A stretch of 32,000 nucleotides of DNA from Nanobdella aerobiophila (GTDB taxonomy: Archaea; Nanobdellota; Nanobdellia; Nanobdellales; Nanobdellaceae). Every line of letters starts with the position of its first letter. Positions within the stretch are counted from its first letter, which is position 1. Both the position numbers and the translations under genes were made by a program. The notes beneath the pieces were generated by a model that saw nothing but the letters and a program-made list of their open reading frames with translations, was not told where the DNA came from and ran no database searches. Location of the stretch: assembly GCF_023169545.1 (NCBI RefSeq), contig NZ_AP019769.1, positions 210,001 to 242,000 of the forward strand. The letters are read 5' to 3'. Of this stretch, positions 27,835 to 32,000 are shown piece after piece.

Positions 27835-28659
27835 ATGGTAGAAAAATTGTATTTTGGACCTGCCGGAGTGCCACTATCTTCTCCTAAAAAAGATATATAT
27901 AATGGGATAAAATATACATATGAAGAATTAAAACTAAATGGTTTAGAATTAGAATTTACTTATGGTGTAAGGATGAAAGATGAAGCTGCAAATAATATCA
28001 AAGAATATATAAAAGATAAAGACTTTATAATTACCTGCCATGCACCATATTTTATAAATTTTAATGCTCAAGAAAAAACAAAATTAGAAAATTCTAAAAA
28101 AATGTTATATGAATCTGCTAAGAAAACTTATTTATCTGGTGGTATATCTGTAGCATTCCATCCAGCCTGGTATCATAAGAATAGTCCTGAAGAAGTTTAC
28201 AAGAAAGCTAGAGAATCTATAAGAGAAGTTATAAATAAGTTAATAGATGAAAATATAAATATAGTAATCAGACCAGAAACTATGGAATTAAAAAATAAAT
28301 TTGGTGATATAGATGAAGTAATTAATTTATCATTAGATATAGATAATGTGTTACCTGCTATAGACTTTGCTCATTTAAGATATAGATATAATGATAATAG
28401 TATAGAATTTTTTAGAAAAATATTGGAAAAATTAGAAAGCAATTTAGGGAGAGAAATATTGGATAATATGCATATACATATGTCTGGAATAACATTGGAT
28501 TCCAAGGGTACTCATAAAATCTTGGAAGAATCAGATATGCCATGGAGAGATATATTAAGGTTATTGAAAGAATTCAATTGCAAAGGGATTATAATATCAG
28601 AATCTCCAAATGTAGAAGAAGATGCTGTAAGAATGAAAAATTATTTTGAAAAATTATAA
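27835..28659 (+). CDS. nfo: Endonuclease IV-like AP endonuclease (TIM barrel)
   Basis: MVEKLYFGPAGVPLSSPKKDIYNGIKYTYEELKLNGLELEFTYGVRMKDEAANNIKEYIKDKDFIITCHAPYFINFNA and IRPETMELKNKFGDIDEVINLSLDIDNVLPAIDFAHL. The ORF track start at 27634 is probably too far upstream. Confidence 0.85.
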   Translation: MVEKLYFGPAGVPLSSPKKDIYNGIKYTYEELKLNGLELEFTYGVRMKDEAANNIKEYIKDKDFIITCHAPYFINFNAQEKTKLENSKKMLYESAKKTYLSGGISVAFHPAWYHKNSPEEVYKKARESIREVINKLIDENINIVIRPETMELKNKFGDIDEVINLSLDIDNVLPAIDFAHLRYRYNDNSIEFFRKILEKLESNLGREILDNMHIHMSGITLDSKGTHKILEESDMPWRDILRLLKEFNCKGIIISESPNVEEDAVRMKNYFEKL

Positions 28660-30126
28660 TAATTTTTTTGCGATATTTATGAAAGCAGGTCTAGTTAACA
28701 AATATCCTATTCCAACCGTTATAATTACCATAACTGCAAAACCCTTATATAGTGCCAATCCTGCTATAAATGCCGGGAATACAGATAATATTTCTAATAT
28801 TATGGCTAATAATATTATAAACATTGCTTTATTTATTGCCTTATCTAGATTATTCTGTGGTTTTGCTCTTAATATTTCTTCAGTAGCTACTAGTTGATCA
28901 TCTATACCAGTTGTAGTACCAAATATTATACCTATAAATGCAGATATATCATAAGTTTGATGTATTGCTATGCCGATAGCAAATGAAATTATAAATTCTG
29001 ATGCTAAAGTTAAAGAAATTAATAATGGTACCTTTATCTTTCTATATATAGCATATAATATTACTAATATACCAATAAATATAAGTACTGCAGCATATTC
29101 TAAGGACCCCAAAATATAAAATCCAAATATTGGTGGTATCTCTGATTCTTGTACTATATTGAATTTTGCCGGTAATTGACCATTTTCTAATATTATATAT
29201 AAATTCTGAGCGGCGTTATAGGCATTGTTTTCTGCTTGCAATTCTGAGCTTCCTACCCCTGATACTTGTATAGATACCTCTTGCTCTACCTGTCCCTTCA
29301 GATTTGCAGCAATTAATAATGAGGATACATTTTGATTATCTAAATAAAATGTAATAGGTTCATTTAGGTACGCACCTCCATCTTCTAATATTACTGATAA
29401 ATTTTGAGTAGCTTGAGCAAAATTCTCTGCAGCATTTGTATTTAATATTAATGTAAAATAGTATTGGCATATGTACTGATTTCCACTCGGAGAACATCCT
29501 AATAATCCTGAATACGATCCTCCAAATAGTGGTTTTACATCAGAACCAGTAAATACCGTATAATTACCGACTTTTGCATAAAATGTACCTTGCTCTATTA
29601 TATATGGTATAAGATATCCTTCAGAATATGGTATTTCTACTATGATATATCCTTCAGATGTCGGATATATATTTATTGACTTTACACCGAAAGAGTTCAA
29701 TCTATTACTAATAACTTGCGCAGCTAATGAAGTTTCTTGTGGTGTTAATTGTTTTGTAGAATTTAATATTAATAAATAGCCACCAGCTATATCCGTTCCA
29801 TATTCTATATTTGTATACTCTGTAATATTTGTATAGTTAATTAGATAATTATATTCATATGGTTCTAGAACAAAAGTTCCTTTACTAGTTTTTATATTCA
29901 TCAAAGAATCATTAATATTACTATATATACATGAATAATATGAACTTACAGAATTTATATTACAATTATTTATTGAATATATATATGTTTGGTTAGGTAA
30001 AACATTACTTTCTACTACTTCTATTTTATTAGATAATATAGAATATATATCATAAAATAATGCAACTAGTAATATAATAAAAAATAATAATATTCTCCAA
30101 TCTTTTAGAAATGATTTTATATTCAT
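28654..30126 (-). CDS. secD: Protein translocase subunit SecD (archaeal)
   Basis: IEYGTDIAGGYLLIL, QVISNRLNSFGVKSINIYPTSEGYIIVEIP, C-terminal TM domain ASEFIISFAIGIAIHQTYDISAFIGIIFGTTTGIDDQLVATEEILR. Confidence 0.88.
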   Translation of the reverse strand: MNIKSFLKDWRILLFFIILLVALFYDIYSILSNKIEVVESNVLPNQTYIYSINNCNINSVSSYYSCIYSNINDSLMNIKTSKGTFVLEPYEYNYLINYTNITEYTNIEYGTDIAGGYLLILNSTKQLTPQETSLAAQVISNRLNSFGVKSINIYPTSEGYIIVEIPYSEGYLIPYIIEQGTFYAKVGNYTVFTGSDVKPLFGGSYSGLLGCSPSGNQYICQYYFTLILNTNAAENFAQATQNLSVILEDGGAYLNEPITFYLDNQNVSSLLIAANLKGQVEQEVSIQVSGVGSSELQAENNAYNAAQNLYIILENGQLPAKFNIVQESEIPPIFGFYILGSLEYAAVLIFIGILVILYAIYRKIKVPLLISLTLASEFIISFAIGIAIHQTYDISAFIGIIFGTTTGIDDQLVATEEILRAKPQNNLDKAINKAMFIILLAIILEILSVFPAFIAGLALYKGFAVMVIITVGIGYLLTRPAFINIAKKLL

Positions 30127-30150
30127 AAGTTCATTATATATGAAACCTTT

Positions 30151-30732
30151 TTATGGTTTACCTCTCGAATATCCTCTTGTTACCCCCATTGCTACAATAT
30201 GCGCTATTCTAACTGGTTCTGGTATCCTTGAGTATTTTGAGGTTAACTTTATTATATTTATTGCAGTATCAAGGTCAGTCCCATAATATTGAAAAAATAA
30301 TCTTCCGTACATAGTATCATAAAAATTTATTTCAGGATAATTATTTATTATATCTATTCTCTTTTGATAATTATGTATCTTTTTTGCAGCTAGTTTAAAT
30401 TTTTCGATATTGGGTCTTTTTCTTACTACAGATATTATAGGCAGATTTAAATTATTATAAAGATATTTAAAATCTATTAGGTTAAAGCCACCAAAGGAGA
30501 CACCATTTGTCATAATTATTCTTAATTGATTATAGTGAGTTGTTCTTTTTATCATATCTATTATTTTTTCATTTACATCAAATCCGTCAATTTCTATTTT
30601 ATTAGATAATACGCCATCTATTTGCTTATATCCTCTAAATATTACTCCAATTATTATAGTTTCTTTATCTATCTTTTTATTAAAATATCCATCATCAATT
30701 CCAATTATCCTGATTTCTCTTTTGATATCCAT
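30151..30732 (-). CDS. DUF99 family protein
   Basis: 193 aa: IIGIDDGYF...TIIIGVIFRGYKQIDGVLSNKIEIDGFDVNEKIIDMIKRTTHYNQLRIIMTNGVSFGGFNLIDFKYL, ending RIAHIVAMGVTRGYSRGKP. Confidence 0.8.
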   Translation of the reverse strand: MDIKREIRIIGIDDGYFNKKIDKETIIIGVIFRGYKQIDGVLSNKIEIDGFDVNEKIIDMIKRTTHYNQLRIIMTNGVSFGGFNLIDFKYLYNNLNLPIISVVRKRPNIEKFKLAAKKIHNYQKRIDIINNYPEINFYDTMYGRLFFQYYGTDLDTAINIIKLTSKYSRIPEPVRIAHIVAMGVTRGYSRGKP

Positions 30733-31289
30733 TTATTAATATATTTTTCCCAATCGAATTTAAAGAATATTATGCTTAAAATAATAAATATTATTGAAGA
30801 GTATATAGATAAATTAATTAATGATACATTTACAATTGTACTAATTTCTTTTAATATATTTATCTCTATAAAGAGCTCTATGAATGATTTTATTATCTTT
30901 CCAAATAGCTCTATAATATAATACAATACTATTCTTATCTTTTCTATACCGAATGATAAAAATAATAGATCGTCTAATGGTAAGAATGGCAATATGGCTA
31001 GTAAGAATATTATTATTATAAAATATTTATTTCTATATATACTTTTTATAAAGTTCATATTTTTATTGTTTTTCAATGGTTTAGATAATAATAGACCAAT
31101 AATATACATAATCAATTTTCCAGTTGCTGCTCCTATGCCAAGTATTGTTGAAATTATTAATATATTAAGATTATTTATTCCTAATTTTACTAGTATAGGT
31201 ATAGATAATAATGTAAATGGAGCTCCGAACAATGGAAAGGCGTTTAATATAAAAGATTCAAAGAATATATATAAAAAATAATATATCAT
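30705..31289 (-). CDS. VTT/SNARE-associated-like integral membrane protein
   Basis: 194 aa, multiple TM helices: FGAPFTLLSIPILVKLGINNLNILIISTILGIGAATGKLIMYIIGLL...ILPFLPLDDLLFLSFG. Confidence 0.5.
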   Translation of the reverse strand: MIYYFLYIFFESFILNAFPLFGAPFTLLSIPILVKLGINNLNILIISTILGIGAATGKLIMYIIGLLLSKPLKNNKNMNFIKSIYRNKYFIIIIFLLAILPFLPLDDLLFLSFGIEKIRIVLYYIIELFGKIIKSFIELFIEINILKEISTIVNVSLINLSIYSSIIFIILSIIFFKFDWEKYINKWISKEKSG

Positions 31290-31729
31290 TCTTCAAAATC
31301 TATTATATCTCCTACTGTAACATAATCATGGTTTTTTCTATCTCTGTTATTTTCTGTTAAAACTTCTTTCTTTATTATCTTTATATTTAATTCTTTTTCT
31401 ATTTTTTTAGCTGTATTTATATCTGGCATTATCTTTTTATTTTCTATTGCTTTATATAAGCTTTCTTTCATATTCAATTTTCTAGCCATGTCTTCTTGTT
31501 TTAAATTATTTTCTTCTCTGTATTTTATTAGTAATTTATTATAATCTTCATCTATTACTTCTGAAACGATCTCCATCACTTTTGTATTCTTGTTATTTAC
31601 TAGATTATTATTCTCATCTACTTCTTTTCCATATCTTTTACAGTCAATACATACTTTTAATATTGAGTTTTCTATGAGTACTCTATATAATCTTTCAGTG
31701 TTTTTTCCACAGAGTTCACAGGTCTTCAT
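31286..31729 (-). CDS. Archaeal multiprotein bridging factor (aMBF1)-like: Zn ribbon + HTH
   Basis: MKTCELCGKN...LKVCIDCKRYG zinc-binding pairs, followed by YNKLLIKYREENNLKQEDMARKLNMKESLYKAIENKKIMPDINTAKKIEKELNI (Xre/Cro HTH). Confidence 0.85.
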   Translation of the reverse strand: MKTCELCGKNTERLYRVLIENSILKVCIDCKRYGKEVDENNNLVNNKNTKVMEIVSEVIDEDYNKLLIKYREENNLKQEDMARKLNMKESLYKAIENKKIMPDINTAKKIEKELNIKIIKKEVLTENNRDRKNHDYVTVGDIIDFEE

Positions 31730-32000
31730 TTTAATAATTTTAGTATTTCATCTTTATATTCTAATGCAATTATTACTCCTACTATAATACCAAAAGATAT
31801 TGATGTAGACATAAGAAAATAATATAAAGTATTTATTAATATCTGGGAATTTAGACCTATATATGATAGTGCTATGGATAAAAAGATATAAATAAATAGG
31901 CCTTTTATTAGATTCTTAGCACCATTTTTTGTCTTGAACAATGAAGAAATCACTTCTCCGATTCCGACTCCAACTAAAACTATTATAATAGATATATAAA
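31726..32000 (-). CDS. Hypothetical membrane protein, 5' end outside window
   Basis: The frame of the 75-aa ORF continues open upstream of its GTG to the window edge (YISIIIVLVGVGIGEVISSLFKTKNGAKN...), so the annotated start is probably internal. Confidence 0.5.
   Translation of the reverse strand, partial: YISIIIVLVGVGIGEVISSLFKTKNGAKNLIKGLFIYIFLSIALSYIGLNSQILINTLYYFLMSTSISFGIIVGVIIALEYKDEILKLLK

Noticed and set aside
28646-31787. Plus-strand ORFs 28646..28897, 30622..30921, 30994..31281, 31590..31787
   Set aside because: Antisense to secD, DUF99, the VTT-like gene and aMBF1. No recognisable domains.
1-32000. CRISPR arrays, transposases, integrases or defence islands
   Set aside because: I saw no regularly spaced repeats and no mobile-element or recognised defence protein motifs. 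Mre11/Rad50/HerA fit housekeeping DNA repair.

Overview
This is a gene-dense, strongly AT-rich archaeal chromosomal segment. It looks like a compact, possibly DPANN-like genome, which is inferred from gene content only. It contains: mre11 (3' part) and rad50; a DsrE-like gene; two closely related plasma-membrane-type P-type (H+) ATPase genes about 11.9 kb apart; a TauE/SafE-like permease; rnhB; a PIN-like gene overlapping a KxDG-type polynucleotide/RNA ligase-like gene; cbf5; rps4 and rps13; herA with a small overlapping ORF; two DUF996-like membrane proteins; tRNA-Ser(UGA); a glycan cluster (FkbM methyltransferase, several glycosyltransferases, a UDP-GlcNAc 2-epimerase, one GT4 gene split by a +1 frameshift); class II lysS; trmI-like; nfo-like; secD; DUF99; a VTT-like membrane protein; and aMBF1. 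I see no CRISPR array, transposase or recognisable defence island. The observations most worth follow-up are: (1) the overlapping PIN-like nuclease / ligase pair; (2) the mosaic, nearly synonymous-identical ATPase paralogs, which imply gene conversion; (3) the GT4 frameshift at a CTT-AGA-A site resembling the Ty1 +1 slippery site; (4) the HerA-coupled small ORF; (5) the glycosyltransferase that seems to lack part of its C-terminal domain; (6) a 395-bp promoter-bearing intergenic region that could encode a small RNA.
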